Below the pieces are notes generated by a model. It was not told the origin of the DNA and did not search any database. It saw nothing but the letters and a program-made list of their open reading frames with translations. Below, piece by piece: positions 11,601 through 23,594 of a stretch of DNA of 64,000 nucleotides. Position numbers and translations under genes: made by a program. The stretch comes from TPA_inf: Saccharomyces (lineage: Eukaryota): the NCBI GenBank assembly GCA_000146045.2, contig BK006947.3, forward strand, positions 672,001-736,000. The letters are read 5' to 3'. The stretch's first letter is position 1. Every line of letters begins with the position of its first letter.

Positions 11601-13433
11601 ATTCCAAGTTTTTTGGTATTTCAAGAAGAAAAATTTGGCCTTCAAAATCCATGGTGCTAATGGAAAGAATATTTTTTTTTGAAATATCAGTTCAATATCC
11701 TTTTCCTTCATAATTTGCTCCGCAAAGCGTTTACAATTAGTGGCGAAAACGGCTGGATCATCCAAATTCACGGTGGTGTTATCCACTTCGGTAGTGCTTT
11801 CTAGCTCTTTATTGCCAACTATCCATTTTTTCAGGTACGCAATATTAGTATCAAAGTTAAATTTGAAATTAAGCCAACTATTCAAAGTATCTATTCGATT
11901 CCTGAATGCTTCTGTTTTAGTAATGGGTTTTTCAGCATGCATTCTTTTAATGTTAGGCCATAGATTTAAGACTCTATAATATTTGTCTACTAGTGATTTG
12001 ATAGTCTCTGCAGCCTCGTCAGCGCTCATATTATCTTCTAGTTTAAAGGCCATGATTTCTTGAAATACGGAGTCAGTAGAATCCCTAAAAATCCTCAGAG
12101 ATTTGTTCTGATCTTCCACGGTCCTCCCATTCATCCATGCCTTCAACTCAATCCAAATGTCATCTGAAAACTGAGTATTGAAGCCAGGGCCTTTCCCTTG
12201 ATTTGCAATCTTCGTTTTTTCATTCCTCACAATATCTCCCTTCAGTACCTTAGATAACATTGTTTGCCATTCAAATCGGTTGTTCACCATAGGATTTTGT
12301 AACAATTTTGACAGCAAATCCTCGCTCCCCAGTATGGAATGCCACTCCTCATCTTCTATTTCACACGGTTGATCATTGTTCACATCCCTCAACCAATCCA
12401 ATTTGCCCTTTAGATAATTTAGGCTCATCGAAACAACATTTTCATTATTTTTTGTGCTCGACGTAATAAAATTATAACCAAAATTGAAGTCGTTATCTTT
12501 ATCCTCACCTTCTACCTTTAAAAGATCATCCATTTCTAGTTCTAAGTCATCTTCACCTTTGTTACTAAAATTTTCTTCGTCATCTTCAAAGTTGGATGAT
12601 GCGACTATACCTCTAGTGTAATAATCATCATTAGCACGGTTTCTCATTTTTCTTAAATATAACTGTTCATTTAATACATATTGTTTTTTGTATGTTCGGA
12701 GGCTCGTTGTGCTTCCACCATGGTGGCCTACAGACCGTTGCGAGCTATTTGTCGTGACAATATCCTGCAAAGTGGAGGAACTTGTTGACCCATTTGGTTG
12801 CGATCTGGTGGGAATGTGTTTGTTCGAAGTTTGGTTTGTAATATTTTGTGGCGTTGACATAATCGATGTATTCGTTGTATTTAGTGAAGCCAGTTCTGGT
12901 GATATCACTAACGTTGGGGTCGTCAATAATGGATCTTGATTACTATTCACGGGAGCGGGCTTCTTAATAATCTCGCTCTCTGTTTTACTAGCCTCAACTT
13001 TCTTATGTACAGGAACAGGTTGAGTAGACAACTTCGGTAGAGACTGCTGAGGATTTTTTGGTAGAGGAAGACCAATATTCGAGGGCCGTCTACTAGATCT
13101 TGCCGAGGAGCTGGAGGACCCAGAAATGGCATTTTGATGAAAAAACTGACCTTGAGGTATACCCGGAAGACGATTGAATAGCTGTACTGTATTTAATGGA
13201 GACTCTCCAGGGCTGTAAACAGCGTTTGGTGATCTAAAGTACTGGGTAGAATGCAGCCCTGGGCTGATGGGCGATGACGCTACTCGAGCCTGCGTAGTAT
13301 TGGAATTTCGCCCTAAACTTTCCGACCTTAGTCTAGATGAAGATGATGAAGATGACTGCCTCATCTTGGAGCTGCTGGGCTTTTCCGTGGAATCGCCGTA
13401 AGGCTTATAATTGAAGTAGTCTGAATGCGACAT
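8694..13433 (-). CDS. SSK2: Ssk2, MAP kinase kinase kinase of the HOG osmosensing pathway (1579 aa)
   Basis: 1579-aa ORF with C-terminal Ser/Thr kinase domain ([27 protein letters not shown]) and N-terminal Ser-rich region. Confidence 0.95.
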
Positions 13434-14009
13434 TATTTGTGCCTGTCAAATAGTTTACGCAAAGGCTTCTCTTCTTTTTAGTAATGGCAGACTGTTTGTA
13501 CTTGAAACTGCCCAATAGTAACTTGAAGGACAGACGGAGCTCACACAAAAGTTAACAAATATGCTGGAACCTTTTTTTTTCCTTTGAATTCTTTGTAAAC
13601 CAGTAATTCGTTTTGAAAACACCCGTTCTTAGCTGTTCTTTAACAGTACTACTCTCTAAGGCAATAACACACTGGGGCAGCAACAATTACAATCTTCTAA
13701 CCTCTTCTAATCTGCAGATTTGGCTTCTTTCTATCTCTGTTTACCCACCTTTATCACTCTTTTCAGATTAATCAATTCTTTCCATACAAAGAAACGCCCG
13801 AAAAGTGGCGCGAGTTTCCCGGGTGATGGAGCAGTAATTAATAATGCAAAACTGCTAAAATACCCACTGTTTCAGGGTATGAAACGCGGTATTTTCAGCG
13901 AGTTGTAGGTAATTTGGAACAGTTCGTGACTGTTTATTAAGTTCCACTCATTGCAGTTGTATCCCCACTGTGTACTTTTATTTTTGGTTAGAGAATTGGC
14001 CCAGTAGAG

Positions 14010-15116
14010 ATGGAATTGGACGAATGTTTAGAAAGGCTATACAAGGCCCAGTTACTACCTGAAGTGACTGTAAGGGCACTCTGCTTTAAGCTGAAGGAAA
14101 TGCTAGTGAAGGAGTCAAACGTGATTCACATTCAGACCCCTGTCACAGTCGTGGGGGATATGCATGGACAGTTTCACGATATGCTGGAGATCTTCCAAAT
14201 AGGCGGCCCTGTTCCTGATACGAATTATCTGTTCTTGGGCGACTATGTAGACAGGGGGTTGTACAGTGTGGAAACAATTATGCTATTGATTGTGCTTAAG
14301 CTTCGATATCCTAGTAGAATTCATCTTTTGAGGGGAAACCACGAGTCACGTCAAATCACGCAGAGCTATGGTTTCTACACGGAGTGCTTGAACAAGTACG
14401 GTGGCAATTCAAGAGTTTGGCAATATTTGACAGATATATTTGACTATCTAGTGTTATGCTGTATTATCGACGACGAAATTTTTTGTGTTCATGGTGGGCT
14501 CTCGCCCAATGTTCAAACCATAGATCAGATCAAGATTATTGATAGATTTCGAGAAATTCCACACGATGGCGCCATGGCAGACTTGGTTTGGTCTGATCCG
14601 GAAGAAAACAATAACCCCACGTTAGATCATCCAGATAACTCTGGACAACATTTCCAGGTGTCACCTCGTGGAGCAGGTTATACTTTCGGAAGAAGCGTGG
14701 TGGAGAAATTCTTACGTATGAACGATATGAACAGAATATACAGAGCCCATCAGTTATGTAACGAAGGTTACCAGATATATTTTGATGGATTGGTTACTAC
14801 TGTATGGTCGGCGCCAAACTATTGTTATCGGTGCGGCAATAAAGCATCTATTCTGGAGCTGTATAGTAAAGATCAATTCTACTTCAACGTTTTCGAAGAG
14901 GCACCTGAAAATAAACTGTTGAAAGAGAACAGTATGAACGACAATGCCTTAGAAGATAGCATATCTAATCCGGTAGCCAACAGGAAATTGATTGCAGATT
15001 ATTTCGAAGACGACTCTGCCTCCGCAGATGGCTCCACGGACCCTGAAATGTACATATTTTCAGATGTATACCAAGCCAGATCTGCTTCTAACAGACATGT
15101 TGATTACTTCTTGTAG
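14010..15116 (+). CDS. PPG1: Ppg1, PP2A-like Ser/Thr protein phosphatase catalytic subunit (368 aa)
   Basis: PPP-family motifs [19 protein letters not shown]; 368 aa. Confidence 0.92.
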   Translation: MELDECLERLYKAQLLPEVTVRALCFKLKEMLVKESNVIHIQTPVTVVGDMHGQFHDMLEIFQIGGPVPDTNYLFLGDYVDRGLYSVETIMLLIVLKLRYPSRIHLLRGNHESRQITQSYGFYTECLNKYGGNSRVWQYLTDIFDYLVLCCIIDDEIFCVHGGLSPNVQTIDQIKIIDRFREIPHDGAMADLVWSDPEENNNPTLDHPDNSGQHFQVSPRGAGYTFGRSVVEKFLRMNDMNRIYRAHQLCNEGYQIYFDGLVTTVWSAPNYCYRCGNKASILELYSKDQFYFNVFEEAPENKLLKENSMNDNALEDSISNPVANRKLIADYFEDDSASADGSTDPEMYIFSDVYQARSASNRHVDYFL

Positions 15117-15242
15117 CTTACTAAACAATAGAAAAGCATTATAGAGACAACGCCATCTTATTATTTCTACATATTCTATCTCTCTCGGTTGCAAATGTAT
15201 GTATTGTGTATTTAGATCAAAAAAAAAAAAACAGCGCATTTT

Positions 15243-15464
15243 CTACAGGTAATACAGCTCCAAATTTGTCTGATCATGTACCTCATAATCTTCCAGAGAG
15301 ATATGGTCTTTTAAAACACTTCCACCCTTCTGCAACACAATTTTGTTTGGTTGGGTGCCAATTTGCAAGGACAATACTTTTTTGAAATCACCTACACTAT
15401 CTTCAGCAAGGCACTTCACTCTGACTTTTTTGCCTAATCGGTCATTCACAACTACCTCAATCAT
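15243..15464 (-). CDS. HUB1: Hub1, ubiquitin-like modifier involved in splicing (73 aa)
   Basis: The ORF-track 85-aa frame is trimmed to the internal ATG, giving [18 protein letters not shown]...LELYYL, 73 aa. Confidence 0.88.
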   Translation of the reverse strand: MIEVVVNDRLGKKVRVKCLAEDSVGDFKKVLSLQIGTQPNKIVLQKGGSVLKDHISLEDYEVHDQTNLELYYL

Positions 15465-15634
15465 TTTCAGAGTATTTATTTGCAATCTAAGCTTTGCCAC
15501 CGCTCCTCTTTCTCAATCTTTTCCTCTCCCTCCTCATCTCTCTCAGCCAAAACCGCGAATATATAAAAACAAGCAAGTCTCCCGTAGAACTTTTACACGA
15601 TGACCTTTCGAGATTTCACAAGGGGGATAAAGGA

Positions 15635-17998
15635 ATGCTGTCCGATACAATTGACACAAAGCAACAACAGCAACAGCTTCATGTCCTGTTCATAGACTCT
15701 TATGATTCATTCACCTACAATGTAGTGAGACTAATTGAACAACAAACTGATATCTCACCGGGAGTCAACGCCGTGCACGTGACGACGGTACATAGTGATA
15801 CGTTCCAATCTATGGATCAGCTATTGCCACTTTTGCCGCTTTTTGATGCTATCGTTGTTGGCCCAGGACCTGGGAATCCCAACAATGGTGCACAAGATAT
15901 GGGTATAATATCTGAGCTTTTCGAGAATGCCAATGGAAAGTTAGATGAAGTTCCAATATTGGGTATATGTCTTGGGTTCCAAGCAATGTGCTTGGCTCAA
16001 GGTGCTGATGTCAGTGAGCTAAATACTATCAAGCATGGGCAAGTGTATGAAATGCATTTAAACGATGCAGCCAGAGCTTGTGGCCTTTTTTCTGGTTATC
16101 CCGATACGTTCAAATCTACGAGGTACCATTCATTGCATGTCAATGCCGAAGGCATTGACACCCTTTTGCCCTTATGCACAACCGAAGATGAGAACGGTAT
16201 TCTTTTGATGAGTGCTCAAACGAAAAATAAGCCATGGTTTGGCGTACAGTACCACCCGGAGTCATGTTGTTCAGAATTGGGGGGGCTGTTAGTCAGTAAC
16301 TTTCTCAAGTTGAGTTTCATAAATAACGTGAAGACAGGAAGGTGGGAAAAGAAGAAACTTAATGGAGAGTTTTCCGATATCCTATCTCGATTGGATAGGA
16401 CTATTGATAGAGACCCCATATACAAGGTAAAAGAGAAATATCCGAAGGGCGAGGACACAACTTACGTTAAGCAGTTCGAGGTCTCTGAAGACCCGAAATT
16501 GACATTTGAAATTTGCAACATCATACGAGAAGAAAAATTTGTCATGTCATCTTCTGTGATTAGTGAAAATACGGGTGAATGGTCTATCATTGCTTTACCA
16601 AACTCCGCATCCCAGGTATTCACTCATTATGGAGCTATGAAAAAGACTACAGTTCATTATTGGCAAGATAGTGAAATTAGTTACACCTTGTTGAAAAAGT
16701 GTCTAGATGGTCAAGATTCGGATTTGCCTGGCTCCCTTGAGGTAATACATGAAGATAAATCCCAATTTTGGATCACTTTGGGTAAATTTATGGAGAATAA
16801 AATAATCGATAACCACAGAGAAATACCTTTTATTGGAGGTCTTGTTGGCATTTTAGGTTATGAAATAGGTCAGTACATTGCATGCGGCCGTTGCAATGAT
16901 GATGAGAATTCCCTTGTTCCCGACGCCAAACTAGTTTTTATCAACAATAGTATAGTCATTAATCACAAGCAAGGGAAGCTTTATTGTATTTCTCTGGATA
17001 ATACATTTCCAGTGGCATTAGAACAATCATTAAGGGACAGTTTTGTTAGAAAGAAGAATATTAAGCAATCCCTGTCCTGGCCCAAGTATCTTCCAGAGGA
17101 GATAGACTTCATTATAACTATGCCCGATAAACTTGACTACGCTAAGGCGTTTAAGAAATGTCAGGATTATATGCATAAGGGTGATTCTTATGAAATGTGT
17201 CTCACAACGCAAACCAAAGTTGTACCATCTGCGGTGATAGAACCCTGGAGGATTTTCCAGACCTTGGTACAAAGAAACCCGGCTCCATTTTCAAGTTTTT
17301 TTGAGTTTAAAGACATTATTCCCCGCCAAGATGAAACGCCTCCAGTTTTGTGCTTCTTAAGTACTTCTCCAGAAAGGTTTTTGAAGTGGGATGCAGACAC
17401 ATGCGAGCTACGTCCCATCAAGGGAACTGTGAAAAAAGGACCGCAAATGAACTTGGCAAAAGCCACACGAATCCTGAAGACACCAAAAGAATTTGGTGAG
17501 AACTTAATGATTTTGGACTTAATCAGAAATGACCTTTACGAGTTGGTTCCTGACGTTCGGGTGGAGGAGTTCATGTCCGTGCAAGAATATGCCACCGTTT
17601 ACCAACTCGTTAGCGTCGTAAAGGCACATGGATTGACCTCTGCCAGTAAGAAGACGAGATATTCAGGCATTGATGTCCTTAAACACTCGCTTCCTCCGGG
17701 ATCTATGACGGGAGCCCCCAAGAAGATTACTGTGCAATTATTGCAGGACAAGATAGAAAGCAAGCTAAACAAACATGTCAATGGTGGAGCACGTGGTGTT
17801 TACAGCGGTGTCACGGGATATTGGTCTGTGAATTCCAACGGAGATTGGTCTGTTAACATTAGATGTATGTATTCCTACAACGGCGGAACCAGCTGGCAAC
17901 TCGGTGCAGGGGGGGCCATAACAGTCTTAAGCACACTAGATGGCGAACTAGAGGAAATGTACAACAAGTTGGAGAGCAACTTACAAATTTTCATGTAG
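15635..17998 (+). CDS. ABZ1: Abz1, para-aminobenzoate synthase (glutamine amidotransferase + chorismate-binding domains, 787 aa)
   Basis: The ORF-track start is TTG 15494. The first ATG at 15635 (MLSDTIDTKQQQQQLHVLFIDSYDSF...) gives 787 aa with GATase and ADC synthase domains. Confidence 0.9.
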   Translation: MLSDTIDTKQQQQQLHVLFIDSYDSFTYNVVRLIEQQTDISPGVNAVHVTTVHSDTFQSMDQLLPLLPLFDAIVVGPGPGNPNNGAQDMGIISELFENANGKLDEVPILGICLGFQAMCLAQGADVSELNTIKHGQVYEMHLNDAARACGLFSGYPDTFKSTRYHSLHVNAEGIDTLLPLCTTEDENGILLMSAQTKNKPWFGVQYHPESCCSELGGLLVSNFLKLSFINNVKTGRWEKKKLNGEFSDILSRLDRTIDRDPIYKVKEKYPKGEDTTYVKQFEVSEDPKLTFEICNIIREEKFVMSSSVISENTGEWSIIALPNSASQVFTHYGAMKKTTVHYWQDSEISYTLLKKCLDGQDSDLPGSLEVIHEDKSQFWITLGKFMENKIIDNHREIPFIGGLVGILGYEIGQYIACGRCNDDENSLVPDAKLVFINNSIVINHKQGKLYCISLDNTFPVALEQSLRDSFVRKKNIKQSLSWPKYLPEEIDFIITMPDKLDYAKAFKKCQDYMHKGDSYEMCLTTQTKVVPSAVIEPWRIFQTLVQRNPAPFSSFFEFKDIIPRQDETPPVLCFLSTSPERFLKWDADTCELRPIKGTVKKGPQMNLAKATRILKTPKEFGENLMILDLIRNDLYELVPDVRVEEFMSVQEYATVYQLVSVVKAHGLTSASKKTRYSGIDVLKHSLPPGSMTGAPKKITVQLLQDKIESKLNKHVNGGARGVYSGVTGYWSVNSNGDWSVNIRCMYSYNGGTSWQLGAGGAITVLSTLDGELEEMYNKLESNLQIFM

Positions 17999-18320
17999 AT
18001 ATTTGTATATTATTAGATATGTATGCAAACATTTTCTTTAGAATAATATACTATTCTTGTACGATGCAGAATTTTTTTTTTTTTTCGCTTTAGGAAAATG
18101 ACGTTTTGTGCCGTGGAAAACCCTGGAAAAGGATATTGGAAAAAAGTTAAAGCATGGTCATTTAGGGAAGACTTTCCTTCCAATTTACTTATCAATAGGT
18201 TATAATGTATGCTTGACGGAGCAGAATTCTTTCAAACCATAAGATAATAGATATTATAACATTTTAGTACATAAAAGAGGCCCGAGAAAATAGATTTTAA
18301 CTGGAATAATTTTTTGCAAG

Positions 18321-19286
18321 ATGACAACAACCGTACCTAAAGTGTTTGCATTCCATGAATTTGCAGGAGTAGCTGAGGCAGTTGCCGATCATGTTATTCA
18401 CGCACAAAACTCTGCCCTTAAGAAGGGCAAAGTCTCAAGGTCCACACAGATGTCCGGAACGAGCCTTAACGGAAATGGTAACACAGAATCCAAAACGATG
18501 GAGAGAGTAAATTCTGTAAGGAGTAATGCCTCCAGCCGTGGTGGTAGTGAAGACGGCGCCACTAAGAAATTGAAAAAGGAGAAAGAAAGGCGCTTCAAGA
18601 TTGCGTTGTCCGGTGGTTCGTTAATCCAAGTGTTGCACGAAGGATTGTTGAAAAGAGACGACGTTCAATGGGGTAAATGGGACATTTACTTTGCTGATGA
18701 AAGACTAGTGCCCTTTAGCTCCAGTGAAAGCAATTACGGTCTTGCTAAGAGAAAAATATTCGATTTAATAGATACGGAGAAGTACGGAACTCCGAAAATT
18801 TATCACATTGATGAGTCATTGATTAACGACCCTCAAGAGTGTGCAGATAACTATGAGAAAATTCTAATTAAAGGATTTGCCGGTAGAGATTCTGTGAAAC
18901 TACCGATGTTTGATCTGTTTCTGCTTGGCTGCGCTCCTGACGGTCACATAGCCTCGTTATTCCCCAATTTTCAAGAGAATCTACGTGAAAATCTGGCATG
19001 GGTCATACCTGTAGAAAATGCACCCAGCGGACCTTCGAATAGGATTTCACTGACCATCCCAGTGATTTGTCACTCTCATAGAGTCACCTTTGTTGTAGAG
19101 GGCGCCACAAAGGCGCCTGTAATCAAGACAATAATGGAAAGGCCTGAAAAGGGATTGCCTAGTAGTATTGTCAATGAGGGCGCCGCCGGTCGTGTTTCAT
19201 GGTTTGTAGACGACGATGCTTTGAAAGATGTCTTTGTAATTAAGAAGAAGTACAAGTTTTATGATGATGAGAATTTGACTGAGTAG
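18321..19286 (+). CDS. SOL1: Sol1, 6-phosphogluconolactonase-like protein (321 aa)
   Basis: 321 aa, MTTTVPKVFAFHEFAGVAEAV..., glucosamine-6-phosphate isomerase/6-phosphogluconolactonase fold. Confidence 0.88.
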   Translation: MTTTVPKVFAFHEFAGVAEAVADHVIHAQNSALKKGKVSRSTQMSGTSLNGNGNTESKTMERVNSVRSNASSRGGSEDGATKKLKKEKERRFKIALSGGSLIQVLHEGLLKRDDVQWGKWDIYFADERLVPFSSSESNYGLAKRKIFDLIDTEKYGTPKIYHIDESLINDPQECADNYEKILIKGFAGRDSVKLPMFDLFLLGCAPDGHIASLFPNFQENLRENLAWVIPVENAPSGPSNRISLTIPVICHSHRVTFVVEGATKAPVIKTIMERPEKGLPSSIVNEGAAGRVSWFVDDDALKDVFVIKKKYKFYDDENLTE

Positions 19287-20149
19287 GTGTTTAATTTTTT
19301 GGGTTCTTTTTCTTTCTGATGATAATGACAACTAATGACAATACTATGATTTAACCTTAACCATTTTCTTTTTTTAGCTCTTTCTATCCCCACCCTTCCC
19401 TTTAGTAATCGCAATAAATCACCCTATGTTTTTGAATTTTCTCGAGAAGTAACTTTATATAAAACAAGTCATCTTAGTGACGTAGTGTGCATATATAACA
19501 TACAACATATATAATATATACAATAACCCTTTAGAAAAAAATAATAACAACCACAGTGGATATTTCCCTTTTGGACCTATGGCTTCCGCTAAGAGAAAAG
19601 CATGCTTTTAAGTTTTCTTTTCTTTCAAGGAGATTATTTGGTCTTAAGCGAAGTGAGAGATTGAAACAAAATGTTAATTACAGAGTTTACGAAGAATCAG
19701 TTTGCAAGACCACCTTATTCGTATGGCATTATCAAGCTTTGTGTGTAGACTATCCACACAAACATGATTCAACATACATAGCAGTGGTAGGTATACAACG
19801 GATATAAAAACCTTAACTCTACGTGTAGAAAATGTAAAAGGGTAGAGCGGTTGCAAAAAAGCAAGTTTTAGTAGGATTCCAGGAACAGCTTCTCATCTTG
19901 CTAGATAACATACGGCAATAATGACAAAATACACTGAGCCATGCGGTTGTTACACTTTCCCAAAATAGTAATCTACTTCTCCCATTTTTTATATTTTGCG
20001 TATCACACCACATCGTCCCTCAACACAAAAGTTTTTGTTCTTGTTGACAAGACTGTCATTTTCCCCTTGAGTGACTTTATGTCGCTGATTCATTCATTTC
20101 GGCATTGTTTGCTGTTTATTCCCCAGATTCTTTCCGCTTTGCTTGGCTG

Positions 20150-20236
20150 CCCCTTTCCCCGGAAGCCTCGAGATTAAGATGAAAAGACTAATAGCCAGGC
20201 TGTTAACCCCTTGTTGATACAGTTTGGACACCCCCT
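20150..20236. promoter_or_regulatory. Cluster of three CCCCT (STRE) motifs (20150-54, 20207-11, 20232-36), 325-410 bp upstream of YNR034W-A
   Basis: Motifs read directly. YNR034W-A is a strongly stress-induced Msn2/4-type gene (memory). Confidence 0.5.
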
Positions 20237-20560
20237 ACTAGTTAGCTGTGTATCCTGAATCTATGTCAAGCAAAAATTGCTTACATACAGTAAGGTATTT
20301 TTTATAATCCCGCCAACACTATGTCGACTCCTTCATTTTGGACATCTTCTTTACATGGACGAACCAGAGAAGGAGGTCGGCTCGAAGGGAATGTAAAGCT
20401 ATCATAGGGGTATAAATAAGAGACACATTGTTCTATTATAGAGAAAAATATTTTATAGATCTTGTATCTCATCTTGCGTAATATAACCAAACAAAGGTTT
20501 TCCTTATACTATATCAAACCAAAAAAAAAAAAAAGCAAAACAACAAATAATCATAATATC

Positions 20561-20857
20561 ATGAAGTCAAGTATTCCAATCACCGAAGTATTGCCAAGAG
20601 CAGTGGGTTCGCTAACATTCGATGAAAATTACAATTTACTGGATACATCAGGTGTCGCAAAAGTCATCGAAAAGTCACCAATCGCAGAAATAATCAGGAA
20701 ATCAAATGCCGAGTTAGGTAGGCTGGGCTACTCCGTCTACGAAGATGCTCAATATATAGGTCATGCCTTCAAGAAAGCTGGCCATTTTATTGTGTACTTC
20801 ACTCCAAAGAACAAGAACAGAGAGGGCGTTGTTCCTCCTGTAGGAATAACCAATTAG
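20561..20857 (+). CDS. EGO4: YNR034W-A (Ego4), small stress-induced protein (98 aa)
   Basis: The ORF-track frame starts at TTG. The first ATG at 20561 gives MKSSIPITEVLPRAVGSL..., 98 aa. Confidence 0.78.
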   Translation: MKSSIPITEVLPRAVGSLTFDENYNLLDTSGVAKVIEKSPIAEIIRKSNAELGRLGYSVYEDAQYIGHAFKKAGHFIVYFTPKNKNREGVVPPVGITN

Positions 20858-21018
20858 CTCAGAACAGAATTAGTGTTAATAGCGGTGACAGTAGTTTTAT
20901 TGTATCTCACCTTTTTTTATGTATAATCATATAATGACTTAATTATTTTTGAAATGTTTCTTTTTTTTTTTTTAGTTATAACCCTTTTTACGGATTCTTA
21001 CGTACTTATTTAATCTTT

Positions 21019-22047
21019 CTAGTAGACAATCTTTCTACCGGTGAAGGTTCTTCTTGCCTGTTGTCTGCCTTCTGCACTCAATTCATCATTTTCATCATCT
21101 TCGTCCACCTTGGCTCTATTTAAGACTTTGATGAACGAGTCCACTCTGAATCTCATTCTGGAGTGCATGTAGGCTTTAGAGCACTTTATGTGATAATGGA
21201 AGTAGTTTCTAAACAATGTTAACTGGCAAATTGAATGGAATTGCAACTCTTTTGTCTGGAAATGACGTGGGAAAAGAACAAACGTGATAAATCTTCTACT
21301 TTGCTCTGCAACTTTAGGTGGTTGATATAGTCTCTTCAACTCCAATGGTGGTTCATGTGAGTATAAAACTTGTGGAGCGGATTGGATTTGACGGTTTCTC
21401 TTACGTGCATCCACGAATTCTTGTAAAAAGACCTTGCCAAAAATTTTATCTGTTTCGTCTTGAAAAATAGTCTCGAAGATTATGGTAACTCTGTCATTGG
21501 AAGGTTTGATGAAGATGTTCTCCTCGTCACGATACTTGATTGTGAACAAAGTGTTGTCTCCATTGGCAGCAACCTCACCGCCAGTAATTTCTGCTTCGAC
21601 AGGTGCCGGTTGCTGCTGGCTTAGTTCAATAAACTTCGAAATGGCCAATTCGAAGGGAAAACTCAATATAATGGTCTTCAAAACAGACAGTTGTAAAATC
21701 GATTCTTGAACCAATTCGGCCAACGTAATCTGAAGAGTGTAGTCATAGCCGGGCTCCACTTCACTTGGGATAGTCACCCCACCCAAAGAGGAGTAGTGGT
21801 CGGCCAGAAACTTCAGTAACGTCAAAGAACCGTCCAATTGGCACTCAGAGACACTTACCCAAGCTTTGGTCTTAACACTCAACAACAGAATGGACTTATC
21901 TTCTGCTGTGTTTGAAATGTGGTAGGTGGTATAGTCGAAATCGGAAACAATTCTGTCCATGGTCAACGGCGAACCCTTGCGAAGTGCCTCTATCGCTTCA
22001 TTCAGTGTCTTTTGGATGAGAAGGTTTTGTGGTTGTAAGTGTAGCAT
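21019..22047 (-). CDS. ARC35: Arc35, Arp2/3 complex 35-kDa subunit (342 aa)
   Basis: 342 aa matching the ARPC2 family. Confidence 0.9.
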
Positions 22048-22238
22048 TGCGGATTACCGTTTTGAGGCAAGAAGATTGCTAGTCTTGTATCTACACTAGT
22101 TCCTTTGAACGCTAGTTAGCCCCTATGCTTATAGTATTTCTTGTCAATACAAGCGTCTGAAAATTCAGATCGCTTTATACGAGTAAGTATGCCAAATACA
22201 CCAAATATACCAAAGCATTGATTGCGTATACTGAGAAT

Positions 22239-22240
22239 AC

Positions 22241-22266
<26 letters not shown>
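22239..22266. repeat. (AT)n dinucleotide microsatellite, about 14 units, between ARC35 and MRPS12
   Basis: acatatatatatatatatatatatatatgtatgg. Confidence 0.9.
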
Positions 22267-22271
<5 letters not shown>

Positions 22272-22360
22272 GTCATTGCTATTTACAAAAGGTTGTATGG
22301 AGTGGGAATATTAGAGAAAAGTAGTCGAGAGGCCAAAGAAAACTTAGAGCGTACTGCGCA

Positions 22361-22840
<480 letters not shown>

Positions 22841-22966
22841 TCAATTCTGGTGTACCTGTAAGTTCTCCGTCTTTTCCCTGGTTATATGCGTTTTTTCTCC
22901 CCAAATCGTTTTGTCGCTCGGGTAAGACTGAAATGCTTTTAAAAGCACTATTACTGTTTATTATGC

Positions 22967-22985
22967 TATATATATATATATATAC
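22967..22985. repeat. (TA)n microsatellite, about 9 units, between MRPS12 and RSM19
   Basis: ctatatatatatatatatatac. Confidence 0.85.
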
Positions 22986-23051
22986 AGCCCGAGTCTGGCT
23001 TGATCTTATTTACATGATATATCATCTAGAAATCTATATACACTAGATCCC

Positions 23052-23390
<339 letters not shown>

Positions 23391-23527
23391 TTAAGTCATG
23401 GTTAGATTCTTACTAGGCGCTTCCAATTGCCATTTCTTGCTCAGCCATAACCGTGAATAGTGATCCAAACGCTAATGCCGGGTGATGCTTAAAATTTGAA
23501 AAATTATTGCAGATTTGTATTATATAG

Positions 23528-23535
23528 AAAGCATA
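23528..23535 (+). promoter_or_regulatory. PAC motif GCGATGAG about 60 bp upstream of the DBP6 ATG, with an RRPE-like GAAAAATTAT about 40 bp further upstream
   Basis: Exact PAC octamer. DBP6 is a ribosome-biogenesis gene, where PAC/RRPE motifs are expected. Confidence 0.7.
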
Positions 23536-23594
23536 ACTGGCGATGAGATGTGCTCGAAACTGGACACCTTTACCATTGGTGACCGGTAGTGACA

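Noticed and set aside
15494-15634. N-terminal extensions in the ORF track (ABZ1 +47 codons, FPK1 +12, PET494 +14, MVD1 +5, BUD17 +5, DBP6 +2, BIO4 +12, SEC12 +7, NOG2 +15, YNR034W-A +33, YNR048W +3)
   Set aside because: All begin at TTG/GTG/CTG alternative starts allowed by the ORF caller. The first in-frame ATG gives the known protein lengths. There is no evidence for extended isoforms.
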